DNA from: Paragordius varius
Taxonomy: Eukaryota; Animalia; Nematomorpha
Assembly (NCBI GenBank): GCA_964247055.1
Contig: OZ176056.1
Coordinates: forward strand, 868,001-932,000
Direction: 5' to 3'
DNA length: 64,000 nt
This document shows, in pieces, positions 1 through 14,200 of the stretch. Every line of letters starts with the position of its first letter. Positions within the stretch are counted from its first letter, which is position 1. Under the pieces are notes generated by a model, which was given only the letters and a program-made list of their open reading frames with translations, was not told the DNA's origin and made no database searches. A program made the translations under genes and the position numbers.

Positions 1-221
1 CACACTTTTTTGAACCTTAATTTTAAGTTATTAAGTTACAATAAATAAAAATTGTTTTACTAATATACATATCAATTTCATACTTTTCTATTAAAAACAA
101 CGAATCAATTATAATCAAAATCAAGATTAAAAAGTATGGTTGTCTTTTAAAAAAAATATTTATTTTTATATTTTTAGGTTTTGTTCGTATTCTAATTGCA
201 ATTTTTACTGTATATTATCAG

Positions 222-3200
222 ATATGGGAACGATTTAAACCTTGGCAAATATGGCATCCGAAGTAATGTTAAAGAGTCCTGGAGAGGTCATTTAGTAAAT
301 TGCTTATACATAACACAATGTGGAATGTGGCCACGTATATTACAAGATAGAAAAAACGATCAAAATAAGCATCAACTAATCAATGGAGGAATCCCACAGT
401 TAGGAGACTTATCTGCGCATTTACAAACGCTTGAAAAGCATTTAAATCAACACATGCCAGACGCAAATTTTTCGGTATTTCAATCCCTTTTTACTTTGAA
501 AACCCAAACAACTCTTTTTTTATTCAAGAAAAAACTAAATATTTTTTGAAACAGCAGTATGACTAAGTATACATTGCTAGTTTTTTTTGTTAGATATTGC
601 CAGATAGTATATTCAGCAAAGAGCAAAATAGTATTGGCTTATATTTTTTTCACTGTTGTATAACATTAGTCAAAAATAATTTATTTGCTGTTGATATTTA
701 ACGAAAAACTAGCTATATAACTCACTTGAACTGTATAAAAGGACAACATTATAAAACATTCTTTTTACCAAAACAAATCTGTCTTTGTGTTTTTATAAAA
801 AACATTTAGTAATACAACTCATTTTTTGTAAAGAAATAGAAACTATTGCGTGAAATATAGTGTTTTATAAAAGAAATTGCATTATAATGTTGTTTTTGAA
901 TAAAAAAATGGCAAATCCGTGTATGTAATTAATTTTGAACATAATCACCTTGAATAATAATTATATTTAAAACATTTTATATTGGCTGCCCCAAGTCAGA
1001 TTTTAATGAAAAGGTATTTAAATTAAATTTATTCTAAAGAATGAAATATTCTTTTATATATCCAATATTCTAACATTTATTGTTAGTCAAAAATATTTTA
1101 ATTTTTTAGATATATTGAGATGATTTGGTCATATTATAAAGCGCATATATAAACAATTTATTTGATCCATATATTGACATTTATAGGGATTGGGTGTTTT
1201 AGATATGGAGGAATATGTCCCATGGTTCAATAATTTAAATTTCGGACCCTATATGAAGTATTGGGTAATATATGTAAAATTATAAATTTATTTTTTAAAT
1301 TAATTTGCTCCTTAACTAATTTATACTTGTAATGCATGATTTTTTAAAAAATTAAAATATTCTTTATATATTTATAGAACCTTTCGATTGAAACCATCAA
1401 AAATGAGTATCCAACAATTCAAGATCGTTATATAATTAAACAATATGCCGCGCGTGAATATGAAAAAAGTATAAAAACCTTCCTGACCCAAACTTTAGAT
1501 AGGGCAAAGGCAGCCCGAAAAAATGCTCACTGGGGATATTGGGGTTATCCTTTTTGTGCACGGTAATATTAGATGTTTATTTTAATTTTTGAATTTACGT
1601 GAACTTTTGTTAATGGCTTACGATGAAATCTATATATTTTTATTTATATTACTAAAGATAATGGAATATTTGCATTTTTGGTTTACTGATTCGTAATATT
1701 TTTATGATATTTCAAACTTTGTACAAAACAAAATTATTTAATACCGTTTCTTATTATTATATGATAATTTTTAAATTTTCATGATTAAAATGAAATAATT
1801 ATAATCTTCTAAAACTGTCATTTATTAAAAAGTGTTTCGTAAAATAATTTTTTTAATATTCTCATTATTTGGTAGAACGTTTATGGATCTCCAATGTGAA
1901 AACAAATTACAAAATCTTAACAATGCAATCTATTGGCTTTGGGCCGAATCAGCTGTTTTATATCCTTCCCTGTATTTAAATCGCCGGGCCATACCTGACA
2001 TAGAAAATAGGGGGATCTTTATGATTAAATGTTTATATTAAGTTAAAATGTGTATAATTTATACAGAATAGTATCTGCTTAACAAGATCATTTTAAATAG
2101 TTTTTTGCATGAAATAACATTTTATGCACTAGTTAACAGTTAAATTTTTTTCAAAAAATTATATAAATAACCTAGCTTGTCCTGATAGGTTAAGAATTTT
2201 GTTAATCCTTTTATAAAATGGAAATAATTAAAATTAGTCAAAGTTTTAAAGGAGGGATCATTTAAAGTACAGTAAAAATTAAAATTATACAGGCAAAGCA
2301 TAAACCAAATGTATTCTTTTAATACCGCTCTATTTTTTAAATTTGATTTATTTAATAAAAAAAATTTTTGAAATGCAGAATATGAAACGGAGATGTAAAT
2401 TGGTAACATAATCAATTTAAGTTATCCTTATGTTTTTAAGTTTTGTCTGTATAAGTATACTGTAATTTTTATCAAAATTAATCCAAATTACAGAAACATA
2501 AATTTTACACCGTTTTTAATTCCACATTTAGTTTTAATGGAGAGTCAACGTTTAAGGCGAATGGTTCAGAAACCAAATATGCCTATTTTCGGATACATGA
2601 GATATGTCTACGAAAAAGAACCGCTCTTTAGTTTTTTAAATGCACGCGATGTTGAAAATACCCTGGGCCAAGCAATAGATACTGGAACTAATGGAATAGT
2701 ATGATATTTAGAATTTGATAATTTTTTGATAATTTTATCTGTCTATATCAGAGGTGTCCACAAATAATTTTGTGGGCCGCGTTTTTAACTTAAAAAAACA
2801 GCGGGTGCTATATTTGTAGATCATTAATATTTCATTAGATTTCAAGCATAAACTTGTATAAATGTAAACACCTTGCCACTAGGATAGGTTTATTTAAACA
2901 AATTCATAAAAAAACATTAATTGATAAAGATTTTGTAAACATATTTTTGCATATTATGAATTTCTAAATTTTTTTGTGCCGCACATAGACGCGTGATCAA
3001 ATATGAGATAAAACGTTAATTTCGAATACAAATTAAATTTATATTAAAATTCTAAAATCTAAATTAATATTTGGTAAAATTTAACGAACTGTCTTTCCAC
3101 AGTATTCTGTAATTTATGTTCCGTTTGTAGATAATTTGGGGTGATTATAGTGATTTTGGACGCTGTGGGGAATTGGCCGACTATATTAACTCAACATTTG

Positions 3201-3739
3201 GTCCCATTGTACGAAAAATGAAACGCTACTCAAAATGTATGTATATAAATAAATTTATATATTTTAAAAGTTTTAATGTTAACACATGAAATTAAGTTGA
3301 AAATTTTAAAATCCTTGATTGTAATAAAATATGTTACACTGCAAATAATCAAGAATATTAGTTTCACTTTACATTAAAAATCTAAACTAAACTATACAGA
3401 CAAAATATAAAAAGTATGATAGCTTTTGTATTTTTGTTTTACGTTTTGTTCGTACATTAAATTTTTAGTGCATATTTTTTATCTTTTCTTTATAAATACC
3501 CTAATTAATTTTACACGACAATAGCATGCAATAAAAATCTGTGCAATAACCAGGGTCGCTGTGTCCACAAATTATTGAATGAAGGAATTAGGCATAATAC
3601 ACCAATACAACCATATAGATATGAGAAATTTTGGGAAAAGGATCCATTTTATGAAAATACTCAGGATTATTCATCCCTTTATGATTGTCAATGTGTTGAG
3701 GCGTGGCGTGGACCGTTTTGTGATACTTATGCATACTAA
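222..3739 (+). CDS. Hyaluronidase (glycoside hydrolase family 56), 5' part lies upstream of the window
   Basis: Exons 222-474, 1187-1264, 1378-1562, 1876-2030, 2532-2698, 3131-3236, 3525-3739, all GT-AG with consistent phases. Translation gives GH56 motifs NGGIPQLGDL, GLGVLDMEEY (catalytic D-x-E), HWGYWGYPFC, LWAESAVLYPSLYL, GIIIWG and a C-terminal EGF-like Cys pattern (CNKNLCNNQGRC...CQCVEAWRGPFC), stop at 3737-3739. Confidence 0.92.
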
Positions 3740-4029
3740 TATCAAATAAATATGAGACAAATATATTTTTCTTATATATATATTCGTATGAGAGTATGGT
3801 TAAAGGAATGGGACTTGTTATCACCAGGCAAAATGCACATTTGAGATTGTTTATTGCAATTGGAATCGGAATGTTAAATATAAGTTAATAAATGTAAGTG
3901 TAGAAAAAATTATATTGGATTATATGAGTTACGTTATGATAGTTTTTATAAGGGATGTTTAACAAGCTTTTTTCGGAACGCCAAAGTTCGCTGAAAAATG
4001 TTAAAAATATTGAATACGATTATTAAGAA

Positions 4030-4294
4030 CAGGGGTGGCCAACATGCGGCTCGAAATATTGGAATCCATAATTGCATAAACATGCTTATGAAATCCTAGT
4101 GCAATCACTAATTTATAGACAATTTGTGTCTATCCAAATAGCAAGAACTAGAAAAAAATTTTTACATTCAATTTACATTTGGCTATGTTAATACCTAATA
4201 ATTAATTTATTTGGCCCATATATATTCCAGATGGACCCACTAAAATTTTTGATATAAAAATGGGGCTTGCGAAGCCATGTATTTGAGACCCCTG
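4030..4294. mobile_element. hAT-type MITE
   Basis: Termini CAGGGGTGGCCAAC ... ATTTGAGACCCCTG are imperfect inverted repeats; 8-bp flanks ATTAAGAA / ATTTAAAA resemble a decayed hAT target-site duplication. Confidence 0.65.
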
Positions 4295-7124
4295 ATTTAA
4301 AAGACATATCATCCATTCGGCCCAAATTAAAATAACCAAACAAAGCAGCCGCACCCTAGTTTATGTATCCTAGTTTTTACACACAAAAAAGAATGGTTCA
4401 ATATTTTTATAAAAGAGCATTTAAACATACCATTTATGGTTTAAATTCAGACCCTTGAACACTTCAAATTTAGCCTAAAAAATAATCATGTGTTTTCGAA
4501 ATAATATAACTCATTCTTAAAATATATCTTTATGGCATAGTTATTTTAAAAAACACATAATATATATTAGGGTGAATTTGAATTGTTCAAAGATGAATTT
4601 GAATTGTTTATGGATGAATTTGAATTGTTTAAGGGTGAATTTGAAATGTAAATGGTATATCTTGGAACATAAAAAATATTTTTGAAAATGTTGTTTTACC
4701 GTTTATGCAAAAAATTTTAATCTAGATTATTTGATATGCCATATTTTAAATAAATTAGTTAACGGTATATATAAAACATGAGTTAATAATCTTTTTAATA
4801 GTTTAACCTAAGAGCAATGAGAACTTTAAAAAAAATTTTATTCATCTTCAGGATAATATCACCATGCATTTTATTTCAGGATTATATTTAATTTAAAATA
4901 ATAAAAACATTAACTAAAAATGTTGAAAAAATTGAGGAAAATACTTTGGAACACTTTATCAAATTTAAATGATTTAAAGATAAAGCCTAAAATCTATGCG
5001 CTCGCCAAAGTTAGAAAGAACACTTTTATCAAATGGTTAATGAAATAGCAATATTGTCAAAATGTCTAATCTAAAATTTTCTCAATTAGCTGATTTGAAT
5101 CCAAATTTATATTTATACTTTAAAATAAATTAGGGAATTCTTCATTATTTTTCCATCTTTTCAAGAAGATAACATTTTGGAAGAGTTTGCTAAACTTTAT
5201 CACCTAAATAAACTATCAATCTATATTTTCAATATACCTATTTATACCTCGATTTAAATTAGGCTATCTACATACCCCAATATAAAAATTTATTTAATAA
5301 TATTTAATATTACTAATATTAAGGTAAAACCCCAAAATAAAAATTTATGAATCTGACATGCGTGGGAAAAATTTAAAAATAATCAATATAAACCTCTTTT
5401 CTTTCAATGTTAGAGTGATTTTAATGAAAAATAACATGAATTTTGGGCTTAGAATAAAATAAACACGATATATTGCGAAAATGTTATAAAAACGCCGATT
5501 GTTTGATATAAAATTTTCTTTCTAAACGAAATTTTATATAGATATTTTGATATATATATATATATTATCAGGATATAAGCATAATTTCATCTTTAAAAAT
5601 ATTAACTTAAATTCAGTTCCCTTATGTTATCTTCGGGGCTGACGCAACATCCTCTCCAGGCTAAAATCGAACAATGACTGTAAATATTTAATGACCCCGA
5701 TCTTTAAAACTTACCGAAAAAACTTTAATAACTGTGGCCAACTGAACTCTTGAAGCTTAGCTGATGAACGCGATTACGATTATACCCAAACCTCGATCAC
5801 TTTTAAGCTCTTGACAACTAGGAAACGCACCAGAGTTACTAATCCTATCCCGTTGCAAACCAACGCAAAACTTCCCTGCTATATGACGATGACATTGGAA
5901 CCGCTGATATTTGAGGGCTGATTATCAATATTCAACTTTTATTTGAACCGGATACTTTGCTCCAGATTGAATGGTACTATTGCGAAGTTGGTATTATTTT
6001 CAGGTTAATACTCACTGCTGGATAAGGTATAAATTTTATTTTACAACGCTCTGTTAATGTCAGTTAGTATTGATGTAATTAAGGTATAAATTTTTATTTT
6101 ACAACGCTCTATTAAAGTCAGTTAGTTCTGATGTAATATTTACAACAAAATCTGTTAATGGTAAACACCTATACAGTTAGTTAAGAATATAGACTGCTTC
6201 CCACAGATATCCCACGAACAAAATGTACCACTGAATGTATAAAGCATGCAAGACGCGACTCTGAGTAGACTATTAGCCAATTATTGTGGAATGACGTCCT
6301 GGGAAGCAATGTTGGAGCCGCTGATATTTGAGTTGGTCGGAGTTGAGACTTAGCTCAGAGAAAGGTCAAAGACCACTTATCCCGGGTTAGGTCCCAGTTG
6401 AAAGTACAACTGAAAGATGGTCGCACGAAGGGGTAACGTTGACGCTTGTAATGTCTAATATCTCCAAAATTGGTTTACCTTAAGGCCACACTCATTTAGA
6501 AGCAAAAGAAGACCCCCTTCCACACCAAAGATAAAAGCTTAAAATTAACTCTACATTTGACCCGACATAGACCTTTGACTTACTTTCTGGAGTAATCAAA
6601 TCCTGTTTGTACGGTTATTTAAACTCAAATATTGCTTTTACCTGCTTAACAAGGCGAAATTAACATTTCTTTTAAAATATATATATAGCTTATTAACTAT
6701 ACTAACTCCCATTAACACAACTAACATGAAAGCTATTATTTATGTATTTAGATACTAACGGAAAACCCAACCTCCAATGTGTTCCCCGCTCTGAAGCTTA
6801 ATGCATTACGGATGGGTATGGATTGCCTTGACGGCAGGTGGTCGACGATCTTCTGACGCTACACCCTTTACTTGTTTATGTTATCTTCGTGCAAGCTCTT
6901 GCCGTGGTTTCAAATACCATATTTTTTAATATTATTTAAAAGACCTAAGATATTTTTTACAATTTAATCTGAATCGAAGGACTGAAGATGTGTTGAATCA
7001 TTATAAAGAGATGTCATATTGTACATGAATGCAATTTTAAGCTAAATTAACAGTTGGCGCACATTTTATCATGTGAGATAACTAGAAAAATTTTCATAGT
7101 TCTTTTTTGGCCTATTTTCTAACA

Positions 7125-9752
7125 ATGGATATTGATCAATTAAAGATTATATTAATATTTGCCTTATTTATAGTAACACTTATATTTGTCCTACTCCCTT
7201 ACAAATTTTTATCTTTTGCTCAATCCTACCAAAACAATGTTCAACGGAAACTTTATGAAAATATATTTTCTTTTCTTAATTGCTTTGCGGCTGGGGTTTT
7301 TTTGGCCACTTGCTTTTTGGATCTCTTGCCAGATGTCAGGGTGGAAATGAAAAAAGCTTTTGATCTTTATGAAATTAATTTAGGAAGACGGGATGGAGAT
7401 TCAGAAGGATTTCCAATTACTGAATTCGTGGTCATATTTGGATTATTTATTATATTAACTATTGAACAAATAGCACTTTCATTGAAAGAAAAATGGTTTA
7501 GAGATTCTAAATTACAATCTTTACAATCACAATATAAACATAACCTGACACAATGTTTGGAATGTCCTAATTCATCACCAAATAAGCCAATTCAGGATGA
7601 TCAAATTAACGAACGAACTAATCTTTTATCTGATACTATGGATAAAAATAACGCCCGTTTGATAAACGGAAAAGTAACTTTACCTCAGATAACAGCAACC
7701 AATTATGGGAGCACTAATGCAGTAAATGAATCTCCTGTTTCATTATCGTCATCTATAAATTTTGATGAATCAAGTACTTCTCTCCTTCATAGGATATGTG
7801 ATGCCCCAGACTATCAAACTCCATCTTCCTTTTATGAAAGGCTTGATCAAATTGCAGAAGAAATAGAAAATCCGGAACATAGTCCCCAAGATTTCACAAA
7901 AGATTCCCCAGAAAATAGCAAAAACCATCACCAGCCTTTATTAATTGAATATGATGCGTCTCCCAATAATAATGATATGCGGAACGTCTCACCACCTAAT
8001 TTTTCGAAATCGTCTGGTGTTCGAAAAAGTTAGATTTTATAAATTTATACAAAAAATGATAGTTTCTAAATTGTGGATTTTTTTATAATATTTAGATTGT
8101 TCGCTAAAAAACGGTCCAGGTTCTAGAGTTAGCTTTGCTCCTCAATCATATGACACAGAAAAATCAGGAATACTCATCCTTAATAATCAAAATTTAGAGT
8201 ATTTTTACCCTACATTTTTATAAAATATAAACATTAATAAGAATTAATGCTATAATTTTGTTAATAGTAGAATCAACACATAAAGATAAATATCTATATA
8301 AATTAATTTTTTCTTAAATTAATTTAGCCCCAAAAATGACACGAAAGTTAGTTTAAATGCTAAAACGCATAGTCATCACCATAGCCATCACGATCCAGTA
8401 CGTCATTTAGAGAATAATGAAGAATCCGGACATCCTTCTTTTCGATTATACATGTTGGTTCTATCTCTAGCCATACATTCCCTTTTTGAAGGTTTATTTT
8501 TTCCCCTATATAATCAAAATTTTATATAATTGTGTACGTTTGTATGGATTCTAATTTTGATAATTTTAATCATCCCTTTCGATCTATATTTTTCATTCAT
8601 TAAAATTTAGATATTTTTAATCTAATCTTGAATAAATTTTATGGTTTATTTTATAACATTAAATTTTTCTATATATTTGTATAAATTCAAAAATTAATAT
8701 ATTTTATTTCTATACTTACAAGACAGATTATCGATTCTAATCTATTTTAAATCGTTTGCGGAGAAGTTATAATTTTTTTCTATTAGGTATGGCAATTGCA
8801 CTTCAACCAACGGCAAAAGCTATTTTAGCCCTATTTGGGGCACTTTCATTTCACAAGGTTACGGTTGCATTTAGCCTTGGACTTAATCTCATACAATGTC
8901 GACCTCATATGCATTTCTGGCCTCATATTTTGAGCTGTGCCCTAATTTTTTCGGCCATGTCACCCCTGGGAATCAGTCTTACCTTTTTACTTGACAAATT
9001 TGGACAACCGAATGATGGCGACTTGCATTTGTATTATGTTTCACAAAGCCAAAAATTGTTCAATAAAACTCCACAAATGATGCCAACAAATGATCTCACA
9101 TTGCTACATGGTGAGATATATATTTGCTAATATATATAATTATAAAACCAAGGGTGATAAAACTAGTTTTTTGATTAGTTTAATCAATTAAGTTTTTATT
9201 AACCCAATTAAGTCAAATATCAATTTGTAAATTTTTAACCTTGACTATTTTTATATTTATACTTTTAAAGATTTGGATTTATCCCAAATATAAATAATGT
9301 GTTTTTGGGCCATACTAACTCATATTTAAAATGATTTTTCATTTTAAGTTGAAAAAAATTTTGATTTGAGTTTCAACTATCTATTATTTATAGCATCTAT
9401 CTCAAATACTCATCATAATACTAACAAGACAACAACAGTAGGATTATCATTTTTCATAGGAGACAATCAAAAACGTGTCGCCGCATTTCAAACAACTCCC
9501 AATAACAAAAATTTTTATGTTAATAATGATTCAACCACAAATCCGAATCCTAAAAAATCTTGGATAGTATTATTTAGTGCTTTGTTACAAGCTATTGCGT
9601 GTGGAACATTTATCTATATAACCTTTTTTGAACTCCTGCCCCATGAAATGAATAATGGACGCAATAGAATGCTTAAAGTTGTTTTCCTTATCGTTGGATT
9701 TGCGTTTGTCACAGCTTTTATCATATACTCTTCGTATTATAGTACCAGCTAA
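7125..9752 (+). CDS. ZIP (SLC39, ZIP1/2/3-like) zinc/iron transporter, about 617 aa with very long loops
   Basis: Exons 7125-8028, 8096-8198, 8328-8491, 8787-9110, 9394-9752, phases consistent. Motifs: LNCFAAGVFLATCFLDLLP (TM2), His-rich HSHHHSHH, LSLAIHSLFEGMAIAL (TM4), ALSFHKVTVAFSLG (TM5), IACGTFIYITFFELLPHEM (TM7). Confidence 0.93.
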
Positions 9753-10464
9753 CTTATTAGGGTTATTTTGTACTAAGGTAAAAATTAAATTATACGGACA
9801 AAATGTAAGGAAAAACTAAAAGACAAATATTTTTTTTGTAAATAAAGGACAACCATACTTTTACCTTTAATTTTTCTGTGAATTGTATGTTGTATCAATT
9901 TACATATCTCTAGGTACTTTGCAATTAAAACAATGAGATATGTCTAAAAATGAACAGCGGTTATATGAAATAAAATATTTTTTCTTAATGTTTCCACATT
10001 CTGTCTGTATAATTTAGATAGTTACGTTATAAATGTAAACCAAATTCTGATTAAATTTTTGAAAAAATGTTTGAAAACGTCAGTTTCTTGGAAATTTTTT
10101 AGGCAGAAAAGATTGATTTTCGACAAAGTTATGGTATTAATATATTAAATTATAAACATTATATGCAAAGAAAATTATTAATCTTTAAATTTTTAACACC
10201 ACACGCTAAATTTTTATGGATTTATATATTATCAAATATTTATTTAAGATACAAAATGTGATATATATATATATATATATATATAACACCTATATTTGCA
10301 TCACCAACATCTCATTATATATTAATTGTAAATATTAATTTAAATAAATTTTAATATTTATTATAACGTTTGAACAATATTATTTTATTTTTATGATGTC
10401 GGTCCATATCTTTGTATCTAATTCCTAATAGTCTCATAATTTACCGTTTTTTTCGGTAAAACTA

Positions 10465-10990
10465 TTTTATAAAAGAATCAACATATTTTTCATCGACTTT
10501 ATCACATTTCGCCCATCTCTCTGGTATCTGAATGCCATTCCAGAAAAACTGAATCTCTTTTGTGGCAAACCATTGTAAAGCCATTTTTTAAAGGTATTCG
10601 AAATGATTGAGGTACTGCTCTGCGAGCGTGTTCCTTATAATTCGAAGATGTTTTCCTGTTGCTCCTAGACGTCTATTTTATTGATATATTAAATGCTGCT
10701 GCCAATCACCGTTGTATAGAGTCATTACCAAACTCCTTTACTAGAACTTCAAAGTTGTTCGATTTACCGGAGCGCACACTTTCTTTCTCATTTAAATCAC
10801 AACTTTTTAATCAAAATCATTTTTTATTCTTTATATCCATATCTAGCACCAAAACTTTCAACAGTCTTTACTTTAAAGGAGAAAAGACTGAATTATAAAA
10901 TGGAATTTTTGCTTAGATGAATAAAATGGCGTCCGTCAGTGTCAAATAAATCGTCTGCGTTTGCTTACTTAACTTATGAATACATACCTG
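10465..10990 (-). mobile_element. Degraded mariner (Tc1/mariner) transposase remnant
   Basis: Minus-strand translation HLRIIRNTLAEQYLNHFEYL*KMALQWFATKEIQFFWNGIQIPERWAKCDKVDEKY resembles the Mos1-like mariner C-terminus (...ALAEQHF..YEEV..W...FFWRGI..LPERW.KC); stops and frameshifts present, no matching TIR pair found. Confidence 0.7.
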
Positions 10991-11268
10991 GTAGGTTATA
11001 CAACACATAATTTCAACACATTATCAATTAATTAAATTTATTAATTTACTAATTAATAAATGGTATAAAAATAGGAAAATAAGTCTACAATAACTCTAAT
11101 GGAATTTGAAAAAAAATGTGTGATATTGCAAATAAATAAAGTGCACTAGAAACATAAATGATTCTATAAATTATATTATACTACTAACTATAAATTAAAT
11201 TTATCACAATGGTGAGATTAAAATAATCTTTATAAAATAAATTAACAGAAAATTGTTAATGAAAATAA

Positions 11269-14200
11269 TCATGGTTGAGATAAAAATCCATTTTGCAACT
11301 TTTCTTTCATTATAAACCCATTCTTGTTTAATTTCAAATCACTTTTGAAACTTTCCGAATGACCGTTCATCATTTTACCGCTTAATAAATCACCATTGGT
11401 TAAAAGCGTAGAATTGGAGGCAAAATTTTGTTGAAACATATCCATACCTAAAATAATATTTAAAATGTATAAATTATATAATTAAAAACATAAAACCAAA
11501 ACCGTTTTTTCGGAACGATTTTTAAAATATGAATGATTTTTTATATTTTCTATATTATTTTTTATGCAATTTATATTTAAACAAAATATTTTTAATACTT
11601 TATAGTATAATTTATTAAAAGACATATTTTTTGACTTGGTTTAAATTTAATAATGTTTGTAGTTAAATTATGATTAATTATATAAATTAACGGAAAACTC
11701 CACCTGGAACCAAATTTTTTTGGTTAGCTTTTTGAATATCATTTTTTACAAAACCGGGTTTTTTTAAAACGAAATGGTTAGAAACAAAAAAAATTTAACT
11801 TGTAAAAAATAATTTTTCAATTTCAAATCCTTCTTTAAAAATAGCATTTAAAAGTTTGAAACAACAAACTAATTTACCTACCCTGTTTCAATTTATATTC
11901 CAACATCATATTGTTTTGGGGTGGTAAACCAACACAAGCCCGTAAAATGTTTTCTATGCAAGCTTTTTGCTTAAAAAATGCATTTATAACCGGCGTTCCA
12001 GATCGTACAAGGGGAGCTTTAAGCAAATAACTCAAAATACTTAGCACGGGATACATGCCTTCCAATTTACTATCTATACAGAAAAAATATTTTTTTCGGT
12101 TAAAATATTATAATTGGTATAATCAATTAAAAGGCAAGTGAAATAAAATTATTTAAAAGTAATTTTTTATATTAAAATTCTTTAATATAAAATTGAGTCT
12201 GTCAATTATCGCTATTTCGCAATTCAAGATAGGTTATACATTTAAACTTAACGTTAAAAAATATAGTTTTGTAATTAATCAAATAATAGTCTTTTTATTA
12301 TTTATGCGCTTTAAAAATTTTAATATTTACTGCTCTCATAATTTTTCAATCAGGGATTAAAATAAAGTATACAGTTTTTGGGTTTTAACAAGAAAACTAA
12401 CTATAAAATCCTTATCCATCCTCAAACCTTATTTTTTACTTATTACTTTAAAAAAAGCTTAGAAAGCAGCATCAAACACCGTAAAATTTCAAATTTTCTC
12501 TTAATTTCATCTCAAATTTTAGTTCCGTCCCCCCCCCCCTTATTTTTTTAAATTTCTTTAATATTAAAAAAGCACTTACCAGTGGTGTCTAAAGGTCGAT
12601 ATTTGACTCGTGAAAATAATTCAGCCAGTATTATTAAGTCTAAGATGAGTGGAGCAGCTAGAAGTGAGTCTTCACACGTATTATGTATGACAAGGGTATG
12701 CCTACCACCCAACATTAATTCACTCATGTATTCATCTAAGGCCCTTTTAGAGTCCCCGACTTGGGGAACATACTTTATAACAATACAATGATCCGGTTTA
12801 GAAATGCCTTCAACAGAATTGTCAGAATTAAAATTTGAAAAGTTTCCATTTGTTTCGGAATAATTTTGATGTTTAGCACAGTTTTTTCCAGATTCGTCTA
12901 TTTCTCTTTTATTTTTCCCCTTTTTGCCCGAAGGTCCATAAAGAATGGTATTAGAGGCGACCATATCATCTACAACATTACTTTTAGTTATCTATACATA
13001 CATATATATATATATATATAAACAATATTGGAATTGGTAAATTGTAAAAAACTAGCGTTTCCTCAAATATTAAAATGTATAAATCTCCGTAAATTCTGCA
13101 AAGAATAAAATAATTAACTTATTATATATACCATTTGCACTTCAAAAGTGTCCTTAAACACTTCAAGTTGGTCCTTGAACAGTTCAAGTTGGTCCTTTGA
13201 CTTTTTTGTTTTAAACTTTTATCAATCAAATCGTATATCATTCATCTATTTTATTGTTTTTAATCTATTTGCTATTATTTAACATAATTTTAAATCGATA
13301 TCAACTTTTAATCTTGAAACCGTATATCTTTATTAATATCTTATTTTTGATATTTATAAGTTTTAACACGAAATGAAAAAATATATAAGTTATCTGGGTT
13401 ATTAATTAAAATTCATTAAAAACATTTAAAAGTCAATAATTTTTTGAATTGAAAACAAATAGTTTGAAACAAAAAAAGTGGTTTTTCAATAAAATTTTTT
13501 ATTTTTGAATGATAAATATATAATAATTATGGCTAGAAATGCTTAAGTTACAACTTTGTTCAAGGACCAACTTGAATAGTTCCAAGGACCAACTTGAAAT
13601 GTTCAAGGACCAACTTGAGGTGTTCAAGGACACTCATAAAGTGCAAATGGTTTATCTTAAACTATAGAAAAGTATAAAACATAACGGAGAATGAGCATAT
13701 TGTTTTGGTAAAAAATTTTGCTATATTTTAAAATATATGTAAAAAAACTTTATAATTTATTAATTTTAAAACCATCAATCATTACTATATTGCCTTTGCC
13801 CTCTCGTCTGCTTACTCACCTTTTTTAAATTATTAAACATATTTATTTTTACTCAATAATTTTTTGTTTTTACTGTATAAATGTGTATTTAAAATCATAC
13901 CTCTTTTGATTTAAATTGACTAGGAGCTGATAAATTATAACCATCATTATTTCCCAAATGATTGTAGCTCACAATAGAAAGCGGTTTAATACCGGCCGAA
14001 ACTAGAAAGTCGACTAAAACACTTTTAACTTTGGTTTGACCGGTTTTGAAATCATCACCTAAATATCGGTTATTAAAACTTTTTTATCTTATATCAACCA
14101 CAGAAAACTGTTGGATAATTAAACATTAATTAAAAAAGCTTTCAAAAATATGGATTTTTTAAGTTGAAAATTCGATTGCGTTTAAATTTAAAATTTTCAT

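Noticed and set aside
6474-6490. CCTTAAGGCCA resembling the R2 28S rDNA target
   Set aside because: The match is short and imperfect, with no surrounding rRNA sequence.
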